Shown here: in pieces, positions 27,901-39,978 of the stretch | Numbering within the stretch: position 1 is the stretch's first letter | Layout of the letters: the number at the start of each line of letters is the position of its first letter | Assembly: GCA_051294905.1 (NCBI GenBank) | Contig: CM119371.1 | Span: 33,296,001-33,360,000, forward strand | Length of the DNA: 64,000 nt | DNA from: Botryllus schlosseri | Taxonomy: Eukaryota | Reading direction: 5' to 3' | The notes under the pieces: model-generated | What the model was told of the DNA's origin: nothing | The model's input: only the letters and a program-made list of their open reading frames with translations | Database searches by the model: none | Translations under genes and position numbers: made by a program

Positions 27901-29672
27901 GGGTGCGGCAGTTACGGCCCTGCGACTACGAAGTGGGAACAATTCACCATTTTTCAGTATTTCCCTCCGGTATTGCAAAAGTGTCCTCTTTTCAGATTTC
28001 CAAAATGTGGTATTCCTAGGTATTACCTTATCGACAGAAAACTCCCGTTCAAACGAATTGACTAATATCAGTGCACAGTTGCAGCGTTTCCAGACCAACT
28101 TTTGCAAGGGGATGAATTTTTCAACAATGTTGGGGCTTGTACTTGCATATTCTGCATATTATCCTATCTCACCATACGTGATCAGATTTGCCTGATGAAA
28201 GTGATGACTTCGAAAATTCACGGCATGTAATTGTACAGTAAATCTTACGCAATGTTCATACCACACGGAGAAGGCTATTCGTTAGTTTCTCGCAGATTAA
28301 CTTCGCGCTAGCCCATTAATATTTAGTTAAACCATATGTTATTTCGCCATTCCCAAAAAAGATTGTGCTACTGAAATGATATCAGTATCGCTCACGCTAC
28401 GAGACCATACTAAAAGAAGAATCTCTTTCGTGAGGCGCAAGCCATTGCAAATTATCATTTCTTCACAGAGCGCAATATTTACCTTTACTGGCCTCACTTG
28501 TACCTCGGTTTCAGACTTCACCGATAACACTATTGGCCCCTGGCAATGTTCCCTCTGATTTTTCACGAGTCTGCGCGCTTGCGCGGTCCCTTGGAGAACA
28601 ACAATTAAAAAAAATTTAAAAAGTCATCCCTACGGATTTTTTGTGCGCAGCCAAGATTTTCTGTGCGCAGAGACCGGTTCAGCACTGCGCATTTGCGCAC
28701 GTGCGCAGCTTAGAGGGAACATTGTATGGAAGGCCCAAGACCAAACGTTTTGGGCGGGGCTGACTAAGTGATGTTTTAGCCCTGACTGCAGTAGTAGGCC
28801 TACATATAGTAGGCCATCATAATTTACCAGTAGTTTCAAAGGGACAAAATGGCTTCCTGGCTTTCCCAGTGAATGTAGCCTATGGTTCATTGATTGCTCA
28901 GGATTAGGTGTAACACTAATTTCTGTTGCATAGTCTTGGTAGATCGCTGTTTCCTTCTGATTGTTATCTCTTTATATTCTTTTGGATTTTGTATAGGAAA
29001 TAAAGCAAATTGCGATGAATATTGGCATACCTTAAACTAAACTTGATAGGGTATTCCGAAATCCGATTTGGAATCAGCGTCAAAATATGGTTCTCAGCGC
29101 CAGCATGCTGTACAATTGACATTTTGGGAGGATTCGACAATGTAAATATTGCTCAAAGTAGCAATATACTTTCAGAAAACATAGGATTGGACAACTTTAT
29201 CGATTCACACCTGGAGAAAGACCATTTTGCGAGAAAACTTATTGAGAAATGTGATGAGGCTCTGAAAGATACAATAAATCTCCTAACGCCTAATCTGATC
29301 ATTGCAATTGGCTGGTATGCTTCGCAAAAGTAAGTCGAGTTATTTTTAGTCATTCCATCATTATCGCTGAGTGGTCAACTAGCTGAGGTTCTTCGATGGA
29401 AAACGGAGCCGTCACTGAAAAAGCGAAAAATTTTGATTTCTTAGAATTCGGTCAAATTTACTCGACTGTGGTCCTTCAATACCTCGTTATTTCCTTTAAG
29501 AATTCCAAATGGATCTTGGTAGGTGATATAGGTGCCACAGTAAACCGGCTGGGCACCACTCATCCACTTAAATGCTACATGTAATAACAGAGTCAGAGGT
29601 TTCTACATCCCGCATGCGTCTCCCAGTCCCAAGAACTGCGAAAAAGATGGATTGAAAAAGCGAAAAAGTTGA
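15993..29672 (+). CDS. SMUG1: SMUG1-like uracil-DNA glycosylase (UDG family 3), divergent; 6 coding exons, about 233 aa as modelled
   Basis: Exons 15993-16043, 16103-16324, 21094-21146, 21204-21343, 29176-29329 and 29591-29672. All introns are GT-AG and phase-compatible (0,0,2,1,2). Motifs NPLDYAWEEHVKY, EVLFVGMNP, IPF, ESGKRFW, CFVINCSPL, CDEALKDTINLL, IIAIG and PHASP occur in SMUG1 order. The start codon and last exon are less certain. Confidence 0.8.
16103..16324 (+). CDS. SMUG1: SMUG1-like exon 2 (NPLDYAW...GMNP motif)
   Basis: tatag acceptor and GTGAGT donor; encodes INNPLDYAWEEHVKYTPRFSRNTEVLFVGMNPSRKVPCG. Confidence 0.85.
16920..17617 (+). repeat. Dispersed repeat family (non-autonomous element arm with internal ~350-bp duplication)
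   Basis: Matches about 26650-27330 (reverse strand) and about 61360-61745. Shared motifs CGGGTCCGCCCG, CACCTCACTCAG, GAGCAGAGAG and terminal GCTGACGAAGTGCTGTT; short ends also at about 28750, 41800 and 57410. Confidence 0.75.
17618..17642. repeat. (CATA)n microsatellite
   Basis: Six tandem CATA units read directly. Confidence 0.9.
19402..20278. mobile_element. hAT Charlie-type MITE; related fragments at 1-185 and about 10620-10853
   Basis: Degenerate termini AAGGGCTGGTCAAC...GTTGAACACCCCTG. Interior matches 10630-10720 in reverse, and 10670-10853 matches 1-185. Confidence 0.6.
20325..20498. mobile_element. Short MITE (CAATGTTCCCTCT TIR family)
   Basis: Termini CAATGCTCCCTCT...AGAGGTAACATTG; TGCGCA repeats; reverse match to 28544-28724. 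Confidence 0.75.
21094..21343 (+). CDS. SMUG1: SMUG1-like exons 3-4 (57-bp intron at 21147-21203)
   Basis: Encodes IPFPDKDVMKYWGITFDG and ECESGKRFWKLIRNYFPKVDDFHKYCFVINCSPLYF. Confidence 0.8.
21626..24999 (-). mobile_element. Decayed hAT transposon (CAGTGGCGG TIR) in SMUG1-like intron 4
   Basis: Termini CAGTGGCGGCTCG...CGAGCCGCCACTG; TSD GTATATCG/GGATATCG. Minus-strand hAT dimerisation-domain remnant (ISSAESKHGFNTLKLI...NEFVIEHFANMK) at about 21950-22190. Confidence 0.8.
23454..24327 (-). mobile_element. hAT-like non-autonomous element (TAGGGC TIR), copy 2, nested
   Basis: Termini TAGGGC...GCCCTA; exact TSD GTCATGAC; remnant QPTNAAVERSFSVLGKL. Confidence 0.85.
26569..28724. mobile_element. 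Composite MITE (CAATGTTCCCTCT TIR) carrying about 1.9 kb of internal sequence
   Basis: Exact TSD TATGGAAG outside 26569 and 28724; the left terminus recurs at 28544. Confidence 0.75.
29176..29672 (+). CDS. SMUG1: SMUG1-like exons 5-6 (intron 29330-29590)
   Basis: Encodes KLIEKCDEALKDTINLLTPNLIIAIGWYASQK and VRGFYIPHASPSPKN; ttcag and aacag acceptors, GTAAGT donor. Confidence 0.75.
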
Positions 29673-29810
29673 TAGCATTGTTTTAAAGTTTGTAGATAAA
29701 GTACTAGAAAGTGGGGATTTGAATTCGGACTAGGATGTGAAGCTGATTTCCAAAACAGGAGTCGCATTAGAATTATGAACTCTAGCCTATGCTTGACAGA
29801 CTATTATTAT

Positions 29811-31632
29811 TACTGGTCTACAAATTGCGAAAAAAGTTTGCGCCGAAATTTTATTGATTGATTCAGGCTAATTTAAGGTTGCTGAATCCAATTCTGTGCT
29901 CACATCACGTACATTTTTTCCGTCTGAATTTCACTCATTTTCATAAATTAATCAAATTTCGGCTTCCGTTATTGATATCACGGTAATCGTACAACAGCAA
30001 CAGAACAAATATTGGTATTGAAATTATCTATCCTGAAACCTGGATTGTTGTAGCACAGAATGGGTGAGTTTTCGGAGTACTTGAATCCAGTGGTTCTCTA
30101 TCTTCTTTCAATCAGGGCCTCTTTTCGACCCATAAATTTATATGCCGATGCAACTAATTTTACGCGGTAGCAGTTACCATCTTTATATACCACTGTTTCG
30201 TTGAAAGGTTGTGATTAGTAGCGCCGTACTAAATTTAGTTCCCAACGTTATTCATCTTAATACATCTATCCTGCAGCCTTAATCGGTAAATGCATTTTAC
30301 GACAGCGTACAGCTCTTTCATAAACTTGAAACTTTGCAAATATTATACAATGTATTGGTGGTATAGTATGTAGAAGAGAATTGTTCACTTCTGTACATGA
30401 CCAAATATGCGGTCCGTTAAGATTGTTTTGTAACAGTAAAAGAAACAGGATGTCTGCTTTTTGAAAAAAAAAGAGGCTCATCATGATAACTTGAAAGAAT
30501 TTATCATCAGCAATCTCCGCCTGTACTTTTCATGCAAATTCTTCTTCTCCATATTCCATATATTGTCACATTTTATCAAAATCGAGGAAAACTGTTTCCG
30601 AACTGTTTTTCCTTTTGGTTTATTGCCATGATATAAAGGGCTTCTTCTGCATTGTCCATTATAGACGACCAGATGAATAAGGACTGCTTACTAACAGGTC
30701 AACACGAAACTTGAAGTGTGTGGTACTTCACAATAGAAATAAATATGGATCGGTTCTAGGACAGTCGATCCGTCTAGAGACATCGGACATTCTGTGGCCC
30801 ACACCAGAAATCAAGTGTTCTATCAAGTAACAGAACCGGAGATGAGCATTGGTTAATTCATAATTATGTTTTTAAATGGTTTCGCGGCTTTTTGTTGATG
30901 ATTTGCAAGATTAAACGCCCGTTCTAAATACAAAAGGCTGTACGTTTTTGGGGGTTTCTGATTTGCCGTAATATTTTACTATGAACTAGAGTTGGTCGAC
31001 GCGATCAGCGTTGCTGCTCAAGTAGCCAAAGAAACGCCTTACAGTTCTACTCAATCACAAGTAGAAGTAATAATTTCCAAAACATCTGAAAACTATTTCA
31101 AGTGAAATACGAAATGAAATGTACGTATGAGGATGTCACTAAATATCTATGTAGCCTATATTTGGTCGGTGGGAAGGTGTTCGCATACATCAGTTGGCCA
31201 GAGGTGGCCACTGACGAAATCAAAAGATGCATCATTGTAGCTAATGCAAAAGGACTATGATGACACCACCCATGGGTAGAATGTATGAAAAATATATTCA
31301 TTTACCGTGATTCAGAGGCTATTTCACGCGCGATTTTTATGACAGTTCAACTCATGATAGTGGTGTAATATTATCCCTGAACTAATTACTACTTTACAAA
31401 AGGCAAATTTGTTCATCCAGAATAATTTTCAGGTAGATGTTGAAGTTGTTGTAAAACATCACCACTTCAGTAAGTACTTGGGTACCTGGTTAAGTAGAAA
31501 TATTCCACATTTATAATACCTCAATAACGTGATGTGATAGAGCAAACATAGTGTCAGATTCGCATTTAGCGCCCTAAAATTAGGTCTAATTGCGCAAAAA
31601 ATGTCCAGGCGCAAAAATAGTGTAGACCAGGG
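29811..31632 (+). mobile_element. Chapaev3-type relic, copy 2
   Basis: Termini TACTGGTCTACA...TGTAGACCAGGG followed by TAA. Colinear with 8450-9757 plus 14433-14766. Remnant NLKCVVLHNRNKYGSV at about 30708. Confidence 0.75.
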
Positions 31633-32754
31633 TAATGTTTCTAGAACCTGACGAAAATAAAAATTTCAAGATGATCACCGATAAAATATATGTTTGATTA
31701 TAAAGTCGATTTTGGACCACAACTTCTAATTGGTGGTTGCGATTGAAAAATATATCCGTGTAAACTTGATTCTTTCACAACCAATTTCTACATCCGTCAG
31801 AAATATTTACTTCCAGTCCAGCAGTCGCATATTGAAGCAGGATAAAAACAACTTTTTGCTATTTCACCCTGAAGTAAACTACATGGTCCTCATAACTAAA
31901 CCTGATAGTACTGAAGATTAGAAATGGTGTGGATGTGTGGTTCACGGTCGCGATCTGGTTCGCGTCCGCAAGTTTTACACTTAAATTTATTCGTGTGTTG
32001 TAATTTTTCATGTCATAACATTTTTGGTTTGAGTTCTTTGCATTTCAACTTCGAACCACTTTCGGCAGGAAGCTTTCAGCATGAAAATAAATTAAACGAG
32101 CTTTTACTCTGCCAATTTTAAAAACTAGTTGCTTGGTTGAAAAAAAATTGTTAGAAATATTCAGTATTCCATTCGTCCATATTTAGTGACTCTATATCAC
32201 ACAATACCAGGAACGCGAAACAAAACATTTAGGTAGTCATCAAATTTTGCCTAATTTGGAAATCTGTTATTGACATGGATTGATGTAGAGAATGTAAATG
32301 GGATCTAACTTGTTTAATATGTTGATTGCATCACGAAAACAGCATCCTTCCGATTGGAGTATTGGCTTCAGTATATCTTCTTTTTGACGTAATGTCCGTC
32401 GCAACTATAGAAACCGAATTTTATCAATATCAATAGCTTGACCAGGCCTTGTGCGGTCTAGCTTAGACAGTCGAGGCGTAATATATTATATGCCTTTGCA
32501 AATCCTCTTCGAGATTTATTGCAATGCGGCGGAAAATATTGATTTCATGGAATTATTTTAGCATTTGGTGGTTTCCGCCGATACATATGGTGCCGTTTAA
32601 AAAGGCTACTTCAGCATTGTGGCCTGATTCCTCGTAAACGAGGGGTTGGAATTGGCAATATCACGTAACGTAACTCATATGTTCATATTTGCGTTCATAT
32701 AGAAAGGTTCGCGTTTATACGAACCTGAACATTTCTGGGGCTCATACCATCTCT

Positions 32755-33296
32755 CGGGGTTGTAACAAAGTCACAAGGCTCCGAGTCACAGGTCAATCTC
32801 ACTTTAATAGTTTTGACTAGAGTAAATTCAAGTCATTTTCAACTCGACACCGAGGCAAGTCCGAGTTCAAGTCAGCGAGCAGCGGTCGAGTCCGATTCAT
32901 GGTAATATGATTCAAGCCCGAGCTCAATTCATTGTGTTGACTTCTCAGTTTCAAGTTGAAGTCTTGTTAAACCTCACTTTTAATAAGTCTGTTTGGTGAT
33001 ATCGAGTGGTTCGCATTTTTAATATATCAATTTTCATCACTTTCAGCATAGTTTCTGGTCGGATTTTCCAGTACCAGTATCAATGGACGAAGTCCCAATA
33101 GCGTTGTTACTTTACTAATCTTCGAAGTTACAATGAAATGTCAATCTTGGCCGCCTTCGTCTCGATTCGTGTGACTTGGTTCGAGTCATGCGCAATGACT
33201 CGAGTCCAAGAGGGGTCAATACACAGATTGACTCAAGTCAAGTCGAGTGATCATGAAATAGTGACTCGAGTCATGAATGGCGTCATTACAACCCAG
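32755..33296. mobile_element. hAT MITE with GAGTC/GACTC subterminal repeats
   Basis: Termini CGGGGTTGTAA...TTACAACCCAG; exact TSD CCATCTCT; relative at about 42508-42986. Confidence 0.8.
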
Positions 33297-33679
33297 CCAT
33301 CTCTACTTGAGATCCTGTGATCTAGAATAGTTGGTATGCGATGACGTCATAATACATGCATACCAATAAATATCATTAGGAGTTGGCCGAAACCGACGCT
33401 TTTCATCTTTTTTGTTAGCCAAAATACATCGCGAGACGAAATCCAATCCATCCCGCCCTGTCATCATATCTCATGGCACCATAACAAAAAGACAATTGTG
33501 GTTGGGAAGGAGCAATACTACTCAAGCTATAGTTATGGTTGATCTAAAAAATGGCAGCATGCGGCTCGCGTATATAATTTGTAGCATGTATTTTTGTTTC
33601 ATGTTCGAATAATCGTAATGAGGCATCGCGTTCAGGATCAGACTAGTGACTTCGGGGCACGTTCGCCAAACGTGCGCAT

Positions 33680-34224
33680 CAGGGTTAAAAAATCGGATTC
33701 TAGCAAATCAATGATTAAATCGTTTGGATGCCAAAAAACGCTGCATACCAAATTTGACTCAATTCCAACCAAAAAACGCGCCAGCGTCAATTGATATTTA
33801 TCAATTTATTAAAAAAATTCAAATTTTACTTTTAACCCAGTGAAATTGTCAAGTTGCCTGAAATAACGATGCATAACAATTTTTACTCACTTCCATAGAC
33901 TTGAATGATGGCCGTGATGGATAATCCCATAATTATTGATGAAAAACTCAGATCACTTCGCTTCTACGGATTGGAATTGCGTCAAATTTTTTTCGCTTCG
34001 TTTTTGTAGACAAATACTAATTTCACGGAGTCGACAATAAAATTTGAATAATTTTCATTAAAAAAAATTAAATTCAAAGATTTCAACTGCCACTGCCGCG
34101 GTTTGTATAGTTTGAACTAGTTGGAATTGAGTCAAATTTGGTGTGCAACGTTTTCATTAGGCAACCTAGCAATTTAATCAGTGAATGACCGAAATCCGGA
34201 TAAAAATGTTATTTTTCAACCGGC
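33680..34224. repeat. MITE-like element with long imperfect inverted repeats
   Basis: CCAAATTTGACTCAATTCCAAC at about 33749 is reverse-complemented at about 34120; flanking ~90 bp also pair imperfectly. Confidence 0.6.
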
Positions 34225-35920
34225 TTCCGTCTTCATACCGCTGATCTCAAATAGAGTATTTTTACAGAGTTTGCGAGCTGATATGTAGCGAAAAACCAGA
34301 TATCAAAGTGATACGCATCGAGCACCCAGCTTCTGGCTTGTACAAAGGCAGGAATATTGACGAATATATCCGAAAGGTGAAAAAGAGTTTGGGCGATATA
34401 TTTCATGAAACAATCAAAGAAGCACGGAGGACTTAAAGAAAAGACTATAAATATATTACGCATTCACGAAGTTTAAATTTCCATGGATATACCGAGGGAA
34501 ATATAAAAATATTTACGGTAGATAATTTGATAGGAAGTATATATCTAGTTTTCCTTCTGTCTAATATTCCTCGTCTAATTATTTTATATATTTCGGAACT
34601 GTACTCCAGCCGATTTAACGCAGTAATATTTACTCGTAATAAAAGATTCATCTCGATTATATTTTCACATTCTTCAAAGTGTAAATAATTAATGCTTTCT
34701 TGCAAGCGTTAAGATGTGGATGCCTCCGTCCGACCTACCTACTAGCACAGTGGCACGAGAATAAATAAATAACATTGCTATGTTGAAGTAGGAAGCATGT
34801 CTTTACAGATTGAACGCAAAACCTGTTAAGTCCAATATACGACACGGGTTCTCACATCAGCACTTCGATATGGCGGATTTAATTTGTCTTACAAATTTTG
34901 TTGTAGCGTTGCTTATCCGAGGTAAACGTATATTATTATTATTATTATTATTATTGATGAAAAAGTGGGTGACGCTTTTCGCATGTGAGGCCAGGTGCGT
35001 CACGGACTAGAATGTGCGATCTATACACCAAAATGTGGGCATGAACCCATTTACAAGTAAGTACCACAATACAGAACAAACTCTGCAACATGGGACAACA
35101 TTTCGCGGACTATCAGTGGATTTTCGAGTATTGCAGGGATTTTGAGCTCGTGCGTCCTGTCGAATAAAAAGTTTCGATGAAAATCATATCGATTGCAGTG
35201 CATTCAAAAATGCTCGACTGTTTCAGGTACTGTACAATGGTCGCATAGGTCAGTATCGCTACGTCCAATTTTATATAAATGCGCTTTCACGCGGCAATGG
35301 CCTGAACGAAGCCGAAATAATATATATATATATACAAATAGAAAAACGTTAGTCTGTCGAGATTCGACTTCGGTTCTGTTCTGGCTACTTGATGAAATTG
35401 TTAGGTTACCTAATTAAAGCCAACACACCAAACTTGGTTAAATTCCAACCAGTAGCCGCATTGCTACGGCAATTTAAAAACTTGGAAATTTTTCCAAAAA
35501 ATATCATCATTCACTAGAGCAGTGCTCTTCAACCGGGGTTTTCGTACACCCTAGGGTGTACCAGAATTTGCAAAGGGTGTACCACTCGGATGGGGTGTAC
35601 AGGGGTGTACCAGATCCGAATTACAATGGGCCGATGGCTAGCTATCACAAAGGCAGGTTTATGCGTCAGTACAGGTTGACGCACCTAGGTTCAAGAGCAA
35701 TATGTTATCTCAAGTGTAATACTGTAAACCGCTAGATTGTGATGTCATAAGCAAATATTTCTCCTATTCATTTAGCCATCGGCAATGGTTCCGTTTGGTG
35801 TTGGAAAGGATGCAGTTAACAAACATGTGTTCAGCTCGCGAATTGTCTTTTAGTGATTCTTGAGGAAATCGTCGCGATAGCTCAGACTTGTTGAATCGGT
35901 ACTTCCTACCCGACGTTAAT

Positions 35921-36362
35921 TAGGATTACCATATTTTGGAAATCTAAAAAGAGGACACTTTTTCAGAAATTTGAGACTTGCAAAACCGGAGTAGAATTCT
36001 CAAAAAGCGGTGAATTTTTCCCACCTTGTGATCGGTTGACTAAAAAAAAAAAGTCATCTATCCACTCAGAGCTCAAAATACCGTTTTTCTCTCCACATTG
36101 CTAGGTGATTGACTAAAAAAAAAAGGTCAACTTTTGGCTCAGACCTCAAATCAACGTTTTTCACTTCGAAATAACCGCCGGAGCGTCACTTCTCTGCTAA
36201 TTTACGTCATATCACTCGCATTTTGCTCTAAATGTGACCTAAATTTTCAAAAAAGAGGACAAAATCTCGAAAAAGAGGACAAAAGGGCGTCCTCCGAGGA
36301 CACTTTCAAAAAAGTAAAAAAAGAGGACAAATCCTCCTAAAAGAGGACGTATGGTAACCCTA
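35921..36362. mobile_element. hAT MITE (TAGG(G/A)TTACCATA TIR) with AGAGGAC repeats
   Basis: Termini TAGGATTACCATA...TATGGTAACCCTA flanked by CGTTAAT. Confidence 0.75.
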
Positions 36363-37247
36363 CGTTAATAAATGCCGCAATGCACGTAAATGAAAGTGAC
36401 GTAGCCAGCCAGGGCCGAAACAGATTCCATGTTGAAATCGAAACCCTATTGTTTTAACATGCCAATTTTATGTCCAATATTTCGCCATACATTTGCAATT
36501 TAGTATTTTGTTATGAGTGGTGCAAATTAGCAGCAATCGACTGTGTATAGCGGCATGCGATCTGACGTTACTGACATCTCTTGCAGCCCGTGTGCTACTA
36601 TCGACTGTGTGTGCAGGCTGTGTGGGCAGGCCTGATACGCAGTTGGATGTTGCGCCTGCTATCATCGCTGGTCTGAATTACTGCTTCTGCAGCAGTAGCT
36701 TCTTACCTGCTCTCTCCCCAATACTGTTACATTCAGGTTGATTATCGTTCGTAACGTCGTGCTGTTTTTGGGCTGACACGAAATAAATTCCAATTTGCGT
36801 GGCGGGTGGCTTAACTGGCTGCGAATAGACTCTGAATCCCGTACTTGATTTGAGCTATTACTAAAACACTTCTTAAAATTCCGGAGTATCAAAATCTGAG
36901 TCAAAAAGCGATTACGATTCTTGTTCGCATGCCTACGACATATCTTTGCGAGCAAGGATTTTCTGCATTTGTTCAAATTAAATCGAAAAAAGAAATTGCA
37001 TTAAGGATGTTGATATGCTTATGCTTATGCGAGCACTCGAAAAAAGGCTACTGCCTAACTTAGCGCAGCTGGCAGACGAAATACAGCAGCAACGGTCGCA
37101 TTGAATGTCTGGCATTATTTTGTAGTGCAGTATTTTGTATTTGTATGTACAGTGGTCCACAAATTCGTTTGTTATATAATCATTTTCATCAATTACAAAC
37201 GCCAGAAGATTGCGAGTAGTCTTTTAATGGGATCCCGTGGCCTAGAC

Positions 37248-37575
37248 CAGTGGTTCCCAACATTTTTTAGACACGCCACCATTTATGATAGTGAAAAATT
37301 TCGCGCCCCCCTTATCATCATCGTCATATCACAAAATCCAACCGAGATGCTAACAACTCCAACAGATTTTTTGGTGGCATGGACGGTTATACCTGTTGAT
37401 TGGAGAATTAAAAACTATGAAATTCGGTGTGTATATATAAAGAAACACGCGTGAATTGTAGGTAAATCGCGCAAAGCGCGAAATTTGTTTTCAGTTGACA
37501 GCTTCTTCGCGCCCCCCTTCCGAGCTTTCACTCCCCCACAAGGGGGGGGCGCGCCCGCCAGGTTGGGAACCACTG
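37248..37575. mobile_element. hAT Charlie-type MITE
   Basis: CAGTGGTTCCCAAC TIRs; exact TSD GCCTAGAC. Confidence 0.88.
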
Positions 37576-38293
37576 GCCTAGACAACTTGGATTTAAAAAA
37601 GCATGTACGACACATGTATTTAAAAGTGAAAAATCATACATGTGTCGTTACGCTTTATCGATATATTAGATAGTACGGGAATCTCGAGCCCTAATTAGTA
37701 TTTAGCAGTTTCTATAGCTTGCTAATCCCTATGATAATTATACCCATTACCGATTTGGGTGTTTTATGTGAACAGGGGTGTACGAGTTTTGAGCAAACGT
37801 TAAAGGGGTGTACCACGTCGAAAAAGGTTGAAGAGCACTGCACTAGAGAACCAGTGTTGCTGAAATAGCAACTGTACAAGCGGTATATATTTGAATGCCT
37901 ATGACTATGAAAATGATGGAGTCGCAGAAATAATCTGTATCGAAGGTAGCTTTCCATGTCTGCAAGAAGTGTAGAGTACGGTAGGTCCAACTTAGGGGAA
38001 AAAACACCTTTTGTTAAAAAATTGCTCAGTAGGGTTGAACGAGATGTATTGCCTACCATTTTCAGATGCCTTGACTTTTAATTACCTGGAAGCCAGATGG
38101 ATTGGTATTTATTTCAAATGACACCAATTCCTTTCAAAGAAGTGTATTTTAATAAACGAAAAAGTTACTGCAATGTATTTTCTTCAAGGAAACAATACAA
38201 GTAAAAATTATACAAAAACGACAAGATACAATATTGAAAAGCGTAAAAGTACAATTTATTTACCATATAGACATCATATTCACCAATTTCTAA

Positions 38294-39970
38294 TTATTTC
38301 TGTGCCAATGAGGACTTTTTGAAATCTGAGCGCAGCTTGCGGCTGTTTTCAACGCACTGCATTATTGCATTCCTTTCATATGAGTCATGCGTGAGGATGT
38401 CTTCATACTCCTCAAGGAGACGAATTCGTCTTTCTGCAGCATTATTCACAAGTTTCAAAGATCTCACTACATTTTCAAGGTACCTATATTCGGAAAATTG
38501 AAGCCATGTTGTCGAGGGATGCTTAAGAAATTCCATGGCATCTAAGCTGAATTTCAATTGTCTAAAAAGTATGGTTGATCTGTCATCGACCAGACGATGA
38601 AGTCTCGTTTCTTCAGAAACTGTTAAAAAAACAGGTTTCTGCGGTTTCATGGAGGAATCCACACATCTTTCAAAGGATTCATAAATTTTCAAAGCAAGCT
38701 TTTCTTTTTCGTCGGGGGCTAAAGTTTCTGAGCATAAAGCAAAGGGAATAAGTTCTTCTGTCAAACACCAGAGATGGCCCTTGAATGCGGAAATTACAGT
38801 TGTTGCAATTTTCCTCAATGGGCATTTGCCTACAGAAAGATCCAGCATTTTTAGGTAAAACTGCAAATCATAGACTGCACTGCAGCCTCCGAGGGGAGGG
38901 GAGCTTGAAGCCAATAACAGGTATAAAACATGCAATGAAGTCACCAAAACGCTTCATCTTCGTGAAGGTGGACTCGTCAAGATAAAGTTGGTCTTGGAGA
39001 AGAAGCATCTTCAACGTGTAAATTGCAGATGACATCCGTCGCGCTCTATGATGAGGTCCTGGCATGCGAAATGTGAAATTAGGAAATGCTGCCTTATCAA
39101 TGTAAAATATAGAAAGAGTAAGTAACTCCTTGTTGTGATCTCGTGGGGTGTAGGTATTGCTGGAACGGAGCTTGTCTAAAGTGGATATAGCCTGTAATAC
39201 ATCACCCGTTTCAAACTTTTCTCCAATTACCAGATGATTCGTGTCATTTTCATGATTCAAAATATCCTATGTTTTTTCAAATAATCAAAAATATCTAGTT
39301 TCGGGCCAGTTGATGCACCGAAAACACTTTTGAGCACATGTGACAAAATGATTTCATAAACGTGAAGACGGCATGCGGTGGAAAGCAGTGGATGTCCCAG
39401 CAAAGCTTCCAGCAAAATGCATGCATCACTAAATTGACCAGTGATTAGGGACGTCCTGTCAAAACACATGGCCAAGCAATTATCCCGAATTTGCCATTCG
39501 TTTAGTATTTATTCGATAGCTGAAGATTGATTAAATCCAGTCCCGGATTGTAAATCTGTAGTCCCAAGAAGCTTTGATTCCCCTCCGGTACTTGTCAATA
39601 TGGCGATGTGCTCTTTGGGTAACATATCAATACCCTGCTTCAGGAGTTTCTCGTCCCAGTGAATTGTAAAATATTTTCTTTTTGATGCTAATTTGAATTG
39701 TTTCTTGATTTCCCAACAATAATTACTGCGAACAGCATGACGCCACCGTGAAGTTGTTGACTCACCGCCAGATGCTCTGATGACGGATGCCAAAATATCA
39801 TTCAATCCGCCATTTGAAAGTTTATGTCTATCAGCAGCAACAATTACTGAAGGCAGAGATGATATTCTTCGTGGAACTTTCAACAACACGAAATCAGATC
39901 GATTTGATCGACTGGAACCTGGCATATCATCGCCAGTTGATATTACAGAGGCAGAAGAGCCTGTGTCACT
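38294..39970 (-). pseudogene. Frameshifted hAT-superfamily (hATm-type) transposase; 5' part probably continues beyond 42043
   Basis: Four successive minus-strand ORFs carry TIHWDEKLL, MCFDRTSLITG, ACRLHVYE, RDHNKELL, PGPHHRARRM, HLWCLTEE and LVNNAAERRI, with stops and frameshifts between them. The subgroup name is from memory of the motif set. Confidence 0.75.
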
Positions 39971-39978
39971 ACTATAGT

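Larger units (their letters stand above)
35520..37840 (+). mobile_element. hAT Buster-type deletion derivative with two nested MITEs
   Basis: Termini CAGTGCTCTTCAACC...GGTTGAAGAGCACTG; exact TSD CACTAGAG; remnant MPTTYLCEQGFSAFVQIKSKK at about 36930. Confidence 0.85.

Noticed and set aside
29501..29518. Candidate 18-nt micro-exon in the last SMUG1-like intron
   Set aside because: It has AG/GT boundaries, but splicing it in creates TGA at the junction.
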